The translations under genes and the position numbers were made by a program. From Bacilli bacterium (GTDB taxonomy: Bacteria; Bacillota_I; Bacilli_A; RFN20; CAG-826): DNA of 64,000 nt. The DNA is taken from positions 17,234 to 81,233 of the forward strand of contig JAGBLE010000012.1 in NCBI GenBank assembly GCA_017635565.1, given 5' to 3'. The notes under the pieces were generated by a model. That model worked only from the letters and a program-made list of their open reading frames with translations. It was not told where the DNA came from and made no database searches. Positions 9,216-17,972 of this stretch are shown here, one piece after another. Within the stretch, counting starts at the first letter, position 1. Each line of letters starts with the position of its first letter.

Positions 9216-11774
9216 CTAATTAGCTTTCCAAACACAGATGGAATATTTAGCAGCACCGATATCTCCGCCCTTATTAGTTGGAGCATTTCCAAGAGCCTTA
9301 GCAAATGTTGTTGATTTGCCCGCTACATCATCTGGATTCATCATGTAATTGCTAGTACCAGTACCAATATTCAAATAGATGACTAATTTAGCGTTTCCAC
9401 TCGCGTCATCAACTTTAATAACCATAACGTTATTGCTACTAGAACTGTGATATGTAATTTTTGCGCCTTCTGGATATAAATGTTTGATTTCAGATAAACC
9501 AATATACCAGTTAAGCATTGAATTTGGATCGGTCTTTTGTTCTTCCATTGAAGCGACAGTCTTATTATATGAATCTAATTCAAAGAGATATTGACCAGAT
9601 TTATAATTCGCTCGAATCGAATTGTCTTTCCATAAGAATGGCTGACGATACCAAATATCTTCTGAGTTTTCGCTTCCATATTTACTGATGTGTTGATCAG
9701 TATTAGAAGACATTCCGAGTTCATCTCCGTAATAAATCCAAGAGATTCCTCTATTTAATAAAGTAACCGCTGCGTGGATTTTAGCTTTATCAACTTGTTC
9801 ACCACTTCCATCGACTTTTGTTAAAGCAGAGGTTCCATCAATCGTGCCACTACCATTGACTTGGTTAATGGCTCTCATAACGTCGTGATTAGAAGTGAAT
9901 GCTCCATCGATAAAGTCAGGACGTCCACCACCAGGGATTGTGATTGGATTTTTTCCATCATCGCAAACAACATTTCCACTATTGGAGAATGGTTCAAATG
10001 TTTCTGCGGCTTGTTTTGAGGAGAAGTTACTTGCTCCTCCAGCATTGGCATATAAATATGCAGGGATATGATAATAAGTAGAGAATGAGAATTGACTATC
10101 AAGAGCGCGATAGTAGGATGAAGTTCTTGTTCCCCATCCATCAAAGTTTTCGCCAACTAAGAAACAGTTTGGATAATCCGCTTTTAATGAATTAGCGAAT
10201 TCTTTCCACCATGTAACGTTCTTAGTTAAGTTAGATGAATAGTCAAAATCTTTAGTGACATATTCACCTTTTTCATCATCATAAGCACGTTTGCTTCCAG
10301 TATCAGGAACGATTGTGTCTCCAGCTTGATAACATTCATCTCTCATGAAGATGTGTTTAACAGCGTCAAGACGATAACCATCTAACCCGAAAGAAAGCCA
10401 ATATTTTGCCATGTTAATGACTAATTCACGAGTCTTCGCGTTTTGATAATTAATTTCAGGCATTCCACTTCCGAATTTGCCGTAATAGTAATAGCTTGAT
10501 TCACCATCACGATACCATGATGGGTTACTACTTGTTGCATCTTCTTCAACGGTAATGGTCTTATATGAACCATCGATATATTTTTCAATCTTATCAGTCT
10601 TATATTTCCAAGTGTAAATATCTCTCCACTCGTTTTTGGCAGTTCCTTCTGCGTTAGTGCCCCATTGAGAATTAACAAACCAAACATTTCCTTTAGATGT
10701 GTGGTTAAGAACTAAGTCCATGATGACTTTCATTCCCATCTTGTGAGCTTTATAAATGAGTTCACGATAATCTTCAATAGTGCCAAATCTCTTATCGACT
10801 GCAAAATAATCACTGATATCGTATCCGTGATATGAGTCAGATTTTTGAATTGGAGTGAGCCAAATAACATCAGTGCCGAGTTCTTTTAAATAATCAAGGG
10901 AATTGATTACTCCTCGAATATCACCGATGCCATCTGAATTGCTATCTCTGAATGATGCGACAAAAATTTGATATCCAACTCCAAGTTTCTTAAATGCTTC
11001 TGAAGTTGAAGAGATACCATATTTATCTTCGTATGTGGCATCAATTTCTGAGGAGAATTTTCCAGTTGTATCTAAATCAATTGGATTAATTTTAACTTCT
11101 GGAACACCATCTCCAGCGTAATATTTATAATTGCTTAAAGAGCCTTTTGAAACGAAAATATGGACTGCTTTTCCTTCTTCTAAGCTTCTCCAATTTTCTT
11201 CATTAGCGATGTCGTCGATATAAGTTTCACGACCTCCATCACTAGTCCAGTTGGTTTTTCCATCCATGGAATTTTGTTGAACCAAGAGGAATCCAAGCTC
11301 TTCTGCCCCTTCGTAAGTTACTGGGGTACCAGTTTTTCCACCCACTAAATCACTACGATAAAGGTCGACATCCATAATGGCACCATAATCATCAACGTAG
11401 ATTCCTGTTCCGCTTTTTCCAAGTTCTGCAGGTGTCATCCAGCTGGTGGTCATCGGTTTTAATTTAAGTGTTGGAGAAACTTGTGTTTCACCACTAAAAC
11501 CCCAAAGAGCGCCTTCTAAATCTTGTGGAGAAGATTGCCACAACCATAAACAATAATTGTTATAGTCATTACTTTCTCCTCTATTATAGTGAAGGTAAAG
11601 GTGGCCTGGCTTTGAAATGGAATTAAGCCAATAATCGTATTGGTTTGGATCTTCTGCTTCGGCTGCGTTATTAAGCGTTAAATTATTTAGCGCTGGTTCT
11701 AAAGCGGCAACTGATAGAGTTCCGGCCAATAAAAAGACAGGCAAAATTCCTACAAAAAATACTTTTTTTCTCAT
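9216..11774 (-). CDS. Secreted GH13 alpha-amylase family enzyme with N-terminal carbohydrate-binding-like region
   Basis: Signal peptide MRKKVFFVGILPVFLLAGTLSVAA. GH13 regions DLVLNHTS, GYRLDAVKH, VGENF and FTSNHD. The N-terminal HLYLHYNRGESNDYNNYCLWLW resembles pullulanase-associated CBM41. Start moved to the second ATG (TAGGGA upstream). Confidence 0.9.
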   Translation of the reverse strand: MRKKVFFVGILPVFLLAGTLSVAALEPALNNLTLNNAAEAEDPNQYDYWLNSISKPGHLYLHYNRGESNDYNNYCLWLWQSSPQDLEGALWGFSGETQVSPTLKLKPMTTSWMTPAELGKSGTGIYVDDYGAIMDVDLYRSDLVGGKTGTPVTYEGAEELGFLLVQQNSMDGKTNWTSDGGRETYIDDIANEENWRSLEEGKAVHIFVSKGSLSNYKYYAGDGVPEVKINPIDLDTTGKFSSEIDATYEDKYGISSTSEAFKKLGVGYQIFVASFRDSNSDGIGDIRGVINSLDYLKELGTDVIWLTPIQKSDSYHGYDISDYFAVDKRFGTIEDYRELIYKAHKMGMKVIMDLVLNHTSKGNVWFVNSQWGTNAEGTAKNEWRDIYTWKYKTDKIEKYIDGSYKTITVEEDATSSNPSWYRDGESSYYYYGKFGSGMPEINYQNAKTRELVINMAKYWLSFGLDGYRLDAVKHIFMRDECYQAGDTIVPDTGSKRAYDDEKGEYVTKDFDYSSNLTKNVTWWKEFANSLKADYPNCFLVGENFDGWGTRTSSYYRALDSQFSFSTYYHIPAYLYANAGGASNFSSKQAAETFEPFSNSGNVVCDDGKNPITIPGGGRPDFIDGAFTSNHDVMRAINQVNGSGTIDGTSALTKVDGSGEQVDKAKIHAAVTLLNRGISWIYYGDELGMSSNTDQHISKYGSENSEDIWYRQPFLWKDNSIRANYKSGQYLFELDSYNKTVASMEEQKTDPNSMLNWYIGLSEIKHLYPEGAKITYHSSSSNNVMVIKVDDASGNAKLVIYLNIGTGTSNYMMNPDDVAGKSTTFAKALGNAPTNKGGDIGAAKYSICVWKAN

Positions 11775-11833
11775 AGTCATCCCTACTTCTTTTGATTTGC
11801 GTTATACCAACGATAACGTTTATTTATATAAAA

Positions 11834-11862
11834 ATTATAAGACTCATTTTTTCTATCTACAA
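11834..11862 (-). promoter_or_regulatory. Candidate sigma-70 promoter for the amylase locus
   Basis: Minus strand reads TTGTAG, a 17-nt spacer, then TATAAT, about 55 nt upstream of the amylase start. Confidence 0.5.
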
Positions 11863-11930
11863 TAATTCTTTTTAAGAATGTTTAGATTTGTTTTAGAAAA
11901 ATTATCAAATTATCTATTTGTTTTATATAA

Positions 11931-11951
11931 CAAAAAAGGCACTAGATGCCT
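11931..11951 (-). terminator. Intrinsic terminator after the HAD gene (end of the rnf operon)
   Basis: Minus strand reads AGGCA-TCTAG-TGCCT followed by TTTTTTG. Confidence 0.55.
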
Positions 11952-11956
11952 AACGT

Positions 11957-12628
11957 TTACTTTTTATAAATCGATAAGAAATCATCAAAATCTTTTATGT
12001 ATAAATGCGAATTATTAATTGATTCTTCTTCGTTCATAATTGAATGTTTGTCATAAATAGCGACAACGTTATATCCAGCTTTATAAGCGGTTTTAATCGG
12101 TAAGAGCATATCTTCAAAAATTAAAGTTTCAGCTCTTGAAACATTAAAATGAGTACAAATTCGATCATATATTTCTGGTGAATTTTTTCCTTCTTTAACT
12201 GAGTTGACATCGATAATAAAAGAAAAATATTTTGCAATATCAAGTCGAGATAAACATGGTTCATATAATTCCTTACTATTAGCTGTAGCAAGAGCAATAA
12301 TGACTCCATTTTGCATTAAGAAATCTAATATTTCTTTCGCATGAGGCTTTAAAGGAATATCTTTTGAATAAGCTTCAATTGATAAATCGTGCCACTCTTT
12401 GATAACATCTGTTTCTTTTTCGTTTGGGAAATAATTTTCGACTGTATATTTTGCTGCAGATTTAAGCCCGAGGTGAGCAATTGCTTTCCCATAATCCTCA
12501 GGAACTTCCATATTTCTTTTTTTGAAAAAGTTTTTGTCAATATCACTCCAAAGAGAAGTCGATGCGATAAGAGTCCCATCTAAATCAAATATCACTAATT
12601 TAATGTTTTTATTATTGAAGTTAATCAT
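11957..12628 (-). CDS. HAD-superfamily hydrolase (subfamily IA-like)
   Basis: 223 aa with motif I FDLDGTL near the N-terminus. Stop/start is adjacent to the upstream gene. Confidence 0.8.
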   Translation of the reverse strand: MINFNNKNIKLVIFDLDGTLIASTSLWSDIDKNFFKKRNMEVPEDYGKAIAHLGLKSAAKYTVENYFPNEKETDVIKEWHDLSIEAYSKDIPLKPHAKEILDFLMQNGVIIALATANSKELYEPCLSRLDIAKYFSFIIDVNSVKEGKNSPEIYDRICTHFNVSRAETLIFEDMLLPIKTAYKAGYNVVAIYDKHSIMNEEESINNSHLYIKDFDDFLSIYKK

Positions 12629-12629
12629 A

Positions 12630-13151
12630 TTAAAAATTATATTTTTCCCTTTGTTTTTTTATGATACCAGTTTTGATAATTAATTGGGATATAATTCCAA
12701 CAAAAATTCCAGTAATAATCGCACTTATTGAAATGATTGGCAAATAATAAAAAACATAGCCTGTCCCTAAGAAAAACATCGCTACAATTATTTGACCAAA
12801 GACATGGAAAATCGCTCCGATGACGCTAACACCAATAATTGAAAATTTTTTGATTAATAAATAGAAAAGAATCATGATTCCAATTGATAAGATTGCGCCA
12901 ATAAAAGACATCAAAAATCCCATCGAAAATATCGTTCCTCTGATTAACCCAGTAAGAATAACTCGAAAGACATTAACAAAAATCGCTTCAATAATTCCTA
13001 GTTCGTATAAAGTAACAAGAATAATAATATTGGCGAGTCCGAGCTTAACTCCTGGAATGCCAATACTAGGAATAAAAGATTCAATAATTGAAATAACAAG
13101 CGCTAAAGAAGTTAATATCGCTATTAATGTGAGCTTTTGTATTTTCATCAT
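12630..13151 (-). CDS. Gx transporter family membrane protein (Hpre_diP_synt_I-like)
   Basis: 173 aa, polytopic. IPGVKLGLANIIILV and IGVSVIGAIFHVFGQI match the family pattern. Confidence 0.8.
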   Translation of the reverse strand: MMKIQKLTLIAILTSLALVISIIESFIPSIGIPGVKLGLANIIILVTLYELGIIEAIFVNVFRVILTGLIRGTIFSMGFLMSFIGAILSIGIMILFYLLIKKFSIIGVSVIGAIFHVFGQIIVAMFFLGTGYVFYYLPIISISAIITGIFVGIISQLIIKTGIIKKQREKYNF

Positions 13152-13525
13152 CCGAGCTCCACATCATTTAAAGTTTCACCATCAATCGTGATATATACTC
13201 CGTTATATGCACAAATAATTGGGTGGCTACTATCGCTTATATATCCCATTCTCACACAATCTTGATGAGGACAATTAGATTCAACAATCGCAATCGATCC
13301 ATCTATTGTATGAACATGGACTTTTCCATTAATTCCATCGATATAAAAATCTTTTTCTTCTTTTTTGGATAGATCAATTACTTCAACAACATTATTTTGA
13401 ACAGATATCCTTGCGACTAAATTAGTTTTTACACTTTTATTGATAATTAAAATAAGTGAAACGGCCGCAACCGCTAATAAGGAAATGATTAAAATGATGT
13501 CATTACGAAGTTTTTTCTTATCCAT
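13148..13525 (-). CDS. NusG domain II-containing membrane-anchored protein
   Basis: 125 aa with an N-terminal TM helix. CPHQDCVRMGYI....PIICAYNGVYITI matches the NusG_II pattern. 4-nt overlap with the next gene. Confidence 0.75.
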   Translation of the reverse strand: MDKKKLRNDIILIISLLAVAAVSLILIINKSVKTNLVARISVQNNVVEVIDLSKKEEKDFYIDGINGKVHVHTIDGSIAIVESNCPHQDCVRMGYISDSSHPIICAYNGVYITIDGETLNDVELG

Positions 13526-13527
13526 AC

Positions 13528-14481
13528 TTAATGGTAATATACATCAATTTCATCATTTTTATAGATGATATGATTATTTTTTATAACAATTGTTTTTACT
13601 CCACTATCGATTTCGATTTGTTTAATTTCTTCAATAGTGTTCATCATCATTGAAGTCGATAAAGCATCTCCTAAATATCCTTTTTGAGATATAACAATAA
13701 CTGCGTCATTTTCATTTATCGCACTTCCATTAGTTGGATTAATAATGTGAGAGTAAGTAATATCTCCGATTTTTACTCCTTGAACTGATTTACTTGATGT
13801 TGAAATAAAACAGTTCTTGGCTTTGATATAAGCATTTGATAAATCTCTTAATCCAACATTAAAATAGCCATCACTACTTTTCTTTTCTCCTAAAAGAATA
13901 CTTGAAGAGCCTCCATTAATTAGGAAATGTTTATATTCTTTTTCTTTTAAATAATCATTAACAATGTCAAGCGTATATCCTTTAGCGATTCCACCTAAAT
14001 CAATTTCTGCTTCCCCTATTCTTTGAATGATATTGTTATCTTTAAAAAATATTGATGAATTATTCATTTTTACCAATTCTTCATCAATTTCTTCTTGGGA
14101 TAACACTTTTCCTTCCTTAAGAGCGGCTTTCCATTTTTTTGATAAAGAACCACAAAGTGGATTAAAATATGTCGCTCCTTCATCATTAACATCAATAGAA
14201 GTTTTAATTAATGAATATAAAGAAGGATTGATTTCAAGTTCCTCATTGGTGGAATTAATCGAAAAAATATTTGTAACGTCTCGAGATAAATAATTATCGG
14301 AAAGTTTATCAAAAAGAGTGAACATATCTTTTATATTTGATAGGTCCTCATTATTTCCTTCGTATAAATTAGTTTCAATATAAGTATCAAAACAAAAAAC
14401 TTTGTCTTTTAAAACAAAGGTATTTTGTGAGCATGATGTCGAGACTAATATGATTAACGGCAATAAAAATTTGTTTTTCAT
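13528..14481 (-). CDS. apbE: FAD:protein FMN transferase (ApbE), lipoprotein
   Basis: Lipobox LVSTSC when started at MKNKFLLPL; the ORF-track start at 14529 overlaps the upstream gene. DLGGIAKGY motif. Confidence 0.85.
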   Translation of the reverse strand: MKNKFLLPLIILVSTSCSQNTFVLKDKVFCFDTYIETNLYEGNNEDLSNIKDMFTLFDKLSDNYLSRDVTNIFSINSTNEELEINPSLYSLIKTSIDVNDEGATYFNPLCGSLSKKWKAALKEGKVLSQEEIDEELVKMNNSSIFFKDNNIIQRIGEAEIDLGGIAKGYTLDIVNDYLKEKEYKHFLINGGSSSILLGEKKSSDGYFNVGLRDLSNAYIKAKNCFISTSSKSVQGVKIGDITYSHIINPTNGSAINENDAVIVISQKGYLGDALSTSMMMNTIEEIKQIEIDSGVKTIVIKNNHIIYKNDEIDVYYH

Positions 14482-14482
14482 C

Positions 14483-14800
14483 TTACATATGGACTTTAAC
14501 TTTACTTCCATCTGGATTTGGATGTTCATCTAAATATTCAATGATCGGTTTAAAGTTAAGGTCTTCTTTACCTGGTTTACATTTTTTGAGATTGTCTTCT
14601 TTGCCAGTAACAATTGCTTCCGCAAGAGATTTACATCCAGCGTAGCCACAGCTACCGCAGTTATAGTTAGGGAGTTTTTTAGCAACCTCTTCAATTCTTT
14701 CATCTTCTTTGACATGAAGAATTTTTGCAGCAATCGCTAAACCGAGGCCTAAAATAAGTCCTAGACCTAATAAGATGAGAATAGCCCATAAAATTTCCAT
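14483..14800 (-). CDS. rnfB: RnfB-like subunit, N-terminal module only
   Basis: 105 aa: a TM helix plus [12 protein letters not shown]..x16..C (four Cys). The 2x[4Fe-4S] ferredoxin domain of canonical RnfB is absent. Confidence 0.7.
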   Translation of the reverse strand: MEILWAILILLGLGLILGLGLAIAAKILHVKEDERIEEVAKKLPNYNCGSCGYAGCKSLAEAIVTGKEDNLKKCKPGKEDLNFKPIIEYLDEHPNPDGSKVKVHM

Positions 14801-14803
14801 AAC

Positions 14804-15001
14804 TTATTTTTCCTCACTACTTCCTTTATAAAACGAACATTCACTATGTCCACATGACGAACATTTTTCATCATTCATTTTAATATCTTCACATCCCTTT
14901 GGGACTGGTGTTCTTCGATATAAAACAAACGAAACAATAAATATAATAACAAGAGCGACTAAGATTGAAATCGCAAGAATTAAATAACCTGTTTTGCTCA
15001 T
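14804..15001 (-). CDS. Small Cys-rich single-pass membrane protein (FeoB-associated Cys-rich family-like)
   Basis: 65 aa: a TM helix followed by C-x9-C-x2-C-x4-C. Lies between rnfA and rnfB with tight spacing. Confidence 0.55.
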   Translation of the reverse strand: MSKTGYLILAISILVALVIIFIVSFVLYRRTPVPKGCEDIKMNDEKCSSCGHSECSFYKGSSEEK

Positions 15002-15597
15002 TAATTTAACCCTGAAAATAATCCTTGTAATCCCATAAAGGCAATAGCCATAATCGCTGCTGTGATTAAAGCGATTGGCAAGCCTTTAAAGGCTTTCGGT
15101 GTATTAGCGGATTCTAATCTCACTCTAATGCAACTAAACACCACAATAATAAGTAGGAAACCCACTGAAGTTCCGATTCCGTTAGCCAAAGATTCAACAA
15201 AATTTAATCCTTGATCAGTGTTACTTTGAGCAACTCCAAGAACTGCACAGTTAGTGGTAATTAATGGTAAATAAATGCCTAATGTCTTATATAAACTTGG
15301 TGAATATTTCTTAATGAACAATCCAACGAGTTGGACTAATGAAGCAATTACTAAAATATAAGCAACCGTATCCATAAAGGCAATGCCAGCAGGAACTAAA
15401 ACGTAATTATAAAGTGGCCAACAAATAACTGTCGCTAAAATAATGACAAAGACAACCGCCACTCCCATTCCTAAAGAAGAATTGACTTTTTTAGAAACTC
15501 CTAAGAAAGGACAAATGCCATAAAATCTTGATAAAACAACATTATCAATAAGCATGCTAGAGATAATCGCCAATAAAAACGCAATAAATGTATTCAT
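15001..15597 (-). CDS. rnfA: Rnf complex subunit A
   Basis: 198 aa, polytopic, with the typical RnfA/RsxA sequence. Operon position after rnfE. Confidence 0.9.
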   Translation of the reverse strand: MNTFIAFLLAIISSMLIDNVVLSRFYGICPFLGVSKKVNSSLGMGVAVVFVIILATVICWPLYNYVLVPAGIAFMDTVAYILVIASLVQLVGLFIKKYSPSLYKTLGIYLPLITTNCAVLGVAQSNTDQGLNFVESLANGIGTSVGFLLIIVVFSCIRVRLESANTPKAFKGLPIALITAAIMAIAFMGLQGLFSGLN

Positions 15598-15599
15598 CT

Positions 15600-16325
15600 T
15601 TAATTACCTCCTTCTTTATTTTGAGCAGCTAATTTTGCTTCTTGAGCTTTTCTAATTTTTTCTTGCCTTTCATTATATGCTTTTAATTCAGCTTTACGAT
15701 TTTTAATAAATTGAATAACCGCCAAAATAAGAGCAAAAACAATAAATGCACCGGCAGGATTTTGGAACAAAGAAATCTCATAACCGACTGGAATAATTTG
15801 TAATTTGAAATATGGGATAAAGGTAAAAATCTTGCCAAAGCTAAAGGCGCCAGTTCCAAGCAATTCCCTAAAGAACGCCATTAAAATAAGGGCTAATGTA
15901 TATCCAACTCCCATTCCTAAAGCGTCGATAAACGAATCAAAAACTTTATTTTTACTCGCATAAGCTTCGGCTCTTCCTAAAACAATGCAGTTAACAACAA
16001 TAAGAGAAATAAAGACTCCTAAGGTTGAATATAATTCAGGCAAAAATGCATTTGTAAACATCTTAACAATCGTTACAAATGTCGCGATGATAACGATATA
16101 GGCTGGGGTTCTAATTTCTTCTGGAATTAATTTTCTTAATAAGGACACCAAGATATTTGAACAAACCAAAACAATGGTAAAGAGAAGTCCCATACCAATA
16201 GCAGCCTCCACTGATTTAGTGGTGGCTAAAGCAGGACACGTTCCGAGAATTGACACAAATAATGGATTCTCGTTAGCAATGCCTTTAAGAAAATTTAATT
16301 TTGTTTGTCCTTTTTCTTTTGCCAT
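15600..16325 (-). CDS. rnfE: Rnf complex subunit E
   Basis: 241 aa. NPLFVSILGTCPALA is typical of RnfE. Confidence 0.9.
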   Translation of the reverse strand: MAKEKGQTKLNFLKGIANENPLFVSILGTCPALATTKSVEAAIGMGLLFTIVLVCSNILVSLLRKLIPEEIRTPAYIVIIATFVTIVKMFTNAFLPELYSTLGVFISLIVVNCIVLGRAEAYASKNKVFDSFIDALGMGVGYTLALILMAFFRELLGTGAFSFGKIFTFIPYFKLQIIPVGYEISLFQNPAGAFIVFALILAVIQFIKNRKAELKAYNERQEKIRKAQEAKLAAQNKEGGN

Positions 16326-16327
16326 CT

Positions 16328-16855
16328 TTATCCTTCCGCAATATCATTTGCCGCAATTTGAGCGTCATTAATCATATTTCTTACGAGTTTAGCGCCATAA
16401 GTCGCTCCACAATTAACATCATCGATGGAAACATCTCCACTATTAAGAGGATTGATGTAATTATCTACTAAAGTTGAAGCGTAAGTTTGTTCATTAACAA
16501 TAATTGATAAGCCAACAAATTCTACTCCACTATCTTTCATTGTAAATCCAACAAGAAGAGATATTTTTCCATATGAATTTGATCCTGTTGTTTTAAATGC
16601 ATATCTATCAATATCATCACCACTATCTTTTATATAATAAGAATAATTGGTGTATTTATATCCGCTTAAAGAATTTTCACTTTCAATAGATGCATTCTTA
16701 CCAAAAATCTCAATAATGCCAGAATTAATTTTATCGAGTTCGTTCTGTGCAATTTGTTTTCTTGTTAATAAATTAGCAGCACCAATAAGTCCAGCGCTTG
16801 CTGCGCCAATTAATCCAAGAGTAATCGAGGTGATAATATAATGTTTTTTATCCAT
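16328..16855 (-). CDS. rnfG: Rnf complex subunit G (FMN-binding)
   Basis: N-terminal TM helix and a flavinylation-type CGATYGA near the C-terminus. Start set at MDKKHY (GGAGGTG 6 nt upstream). Confidence 0.85.
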   Translation of the reverse strand: MDKKHYIITSITLGLIGAASAGLIGAANLLTRKQIAQNELDKINSGIIEIFGKNASIESENSLSGYKYTNYSYYIKDSGDDIDRYAFKTTGSNSYGKISLLVGFTMKDSGVEFVGLSIIVNEQTYASTLVDNYINPLNSGDVSIDDVNCGATYGAKLVRNMINDAQIAANDIAEG

Positions 16856-17972
16856 GATATGCACCTCCAACATAAATCGCTAAGAAAGTAACTAGACCAG
16901 AAATAATGATGATTAATCCCATTGCCAAAAATTTCTTCCAAGTATAACGTGGAGAACTCCATTCGTAATGGTCTAAAACACACGCCACCATATTTGCAAG
17001 TAAGATGGAATATCCAACTCCTTCTGGTAAAGCCGCAAATAATCTAATGAAGACAGTAATAACTGCCGCAATCATTCCATAAAGATATCGACTTGGTGGA
17101 TTAATTGGACTTGTCACTGGATCAGTTAACATAAAAGTTGCTCCAAAAAGAAGTCCACCGCTAAGCAAATTATACGCTAAGAACTCAAACGGATTAACGT
17201 TATTGTTCAATCCAAAAATTGATAATCCAGCGATGAGCATTAATATAACAAATGTGCCTAAATAAGAAACAACAATTCGATAATCAATGCTTCTTCTAAT
17301 TAATAAATAAATAAGTCCAATAATGATTGTAATCTTATAAACTTCTCCAAGAGTGCCAGGAATTCTTCCTAAGAATAAATCTAAAAGTGGATATTGAGTA
17401 ATATTTGAGAACGCTCCTTCGGATAACAAGCCCAAAGGTGTTGCTCCACTAGCGACATCTGGAATGGTGAAATACCATGTAGGGACATAAGTAACATATT
17501 GTGAACCAAAGCAGAATTTTGCAAAAAGCATTCCAACAACAGCAGGATTAAAAATATTGCTTCCAAGTCCACCAAAAACTAATTTGCCAAATATAATTCC
17601 AACTAAAGAACCAATAATGACTGCATATATTGGCGCTCCCGCTGGCATGATAAGGGTGAAAATAACCGCAGATATCGAAGCAGATAAGAAATTATTCTTT
17701 GTAATTTTTCCTTTATAAGAATATTCAAATCTTTCTTTAAATGTATGTTTTTGTCCATCATTACTCATCATGTTTCTAAGTCCGACATATACGAATTCAG
17801 AAGCGTTCATGATGAATAAAGAGATTAGTAATGTCCAAAGCGTGTTAAGCGGATAAACAACAAAAGAAAAAATAAGTGTTGGTCCGAGGGCGATTAAAAC
17901 ATCTGTCATCATACGACTGACAGTGGCTTTTCTTCTTAGATGAGGAGCAGTTTCTTTAACGATGGTCATCAT
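16848..17972 (-). CDS. rnfD: Rnf complex subunit D
   Basis: 374 aa, polytopic, with SGATPLG and TDPVTSP motifs. ATGA overlap with rnfC. Confidence 0.9.
   Translation of the reverse strand: MMTIVKETAPHLRRKATVSRMMTDVLIALGPTLIFSFVVYPLNTLWTLLISLFIMNASEFVYVGLRNMMSNDGQKHTFKERFEYSYKGKITKNNFLSASISAVIFTLIMPAGAPIYAVIIGSLVGIIFGKLVFGGLGSNIFNPAVVGMLFAKFCFGSQYVTYVPTWYFTIPDVASGATPLGLLSEGAFSNITQYPLLDLFLGRIPGTLGEVYKITIIIGLIYLLIRRSIDYRIVVSYLGTFVILMLIAGLSIFGLNNNVNPFEFLAYNLLSGGLLFGATFMLTDPVTSPINPPSRYLYGMIAAVITVFIRLFAALPEGVGYSILLANMVACVLDHYEWSSPRYTWKKFLAMGLIIIISGLVTFLAIYVGGAYHG

Noticed and set aside
11800-11818. The inverted repeat CGTTAT-N7-ATAACG in the amylase 5' UTR as a cre or LacI-type operator.
   Set aside because: The arms are only 6 bp, it does not fit the cre consensus TGWAANCGNTNWCA, and no LacI or CcpA-type regulator is in the window.
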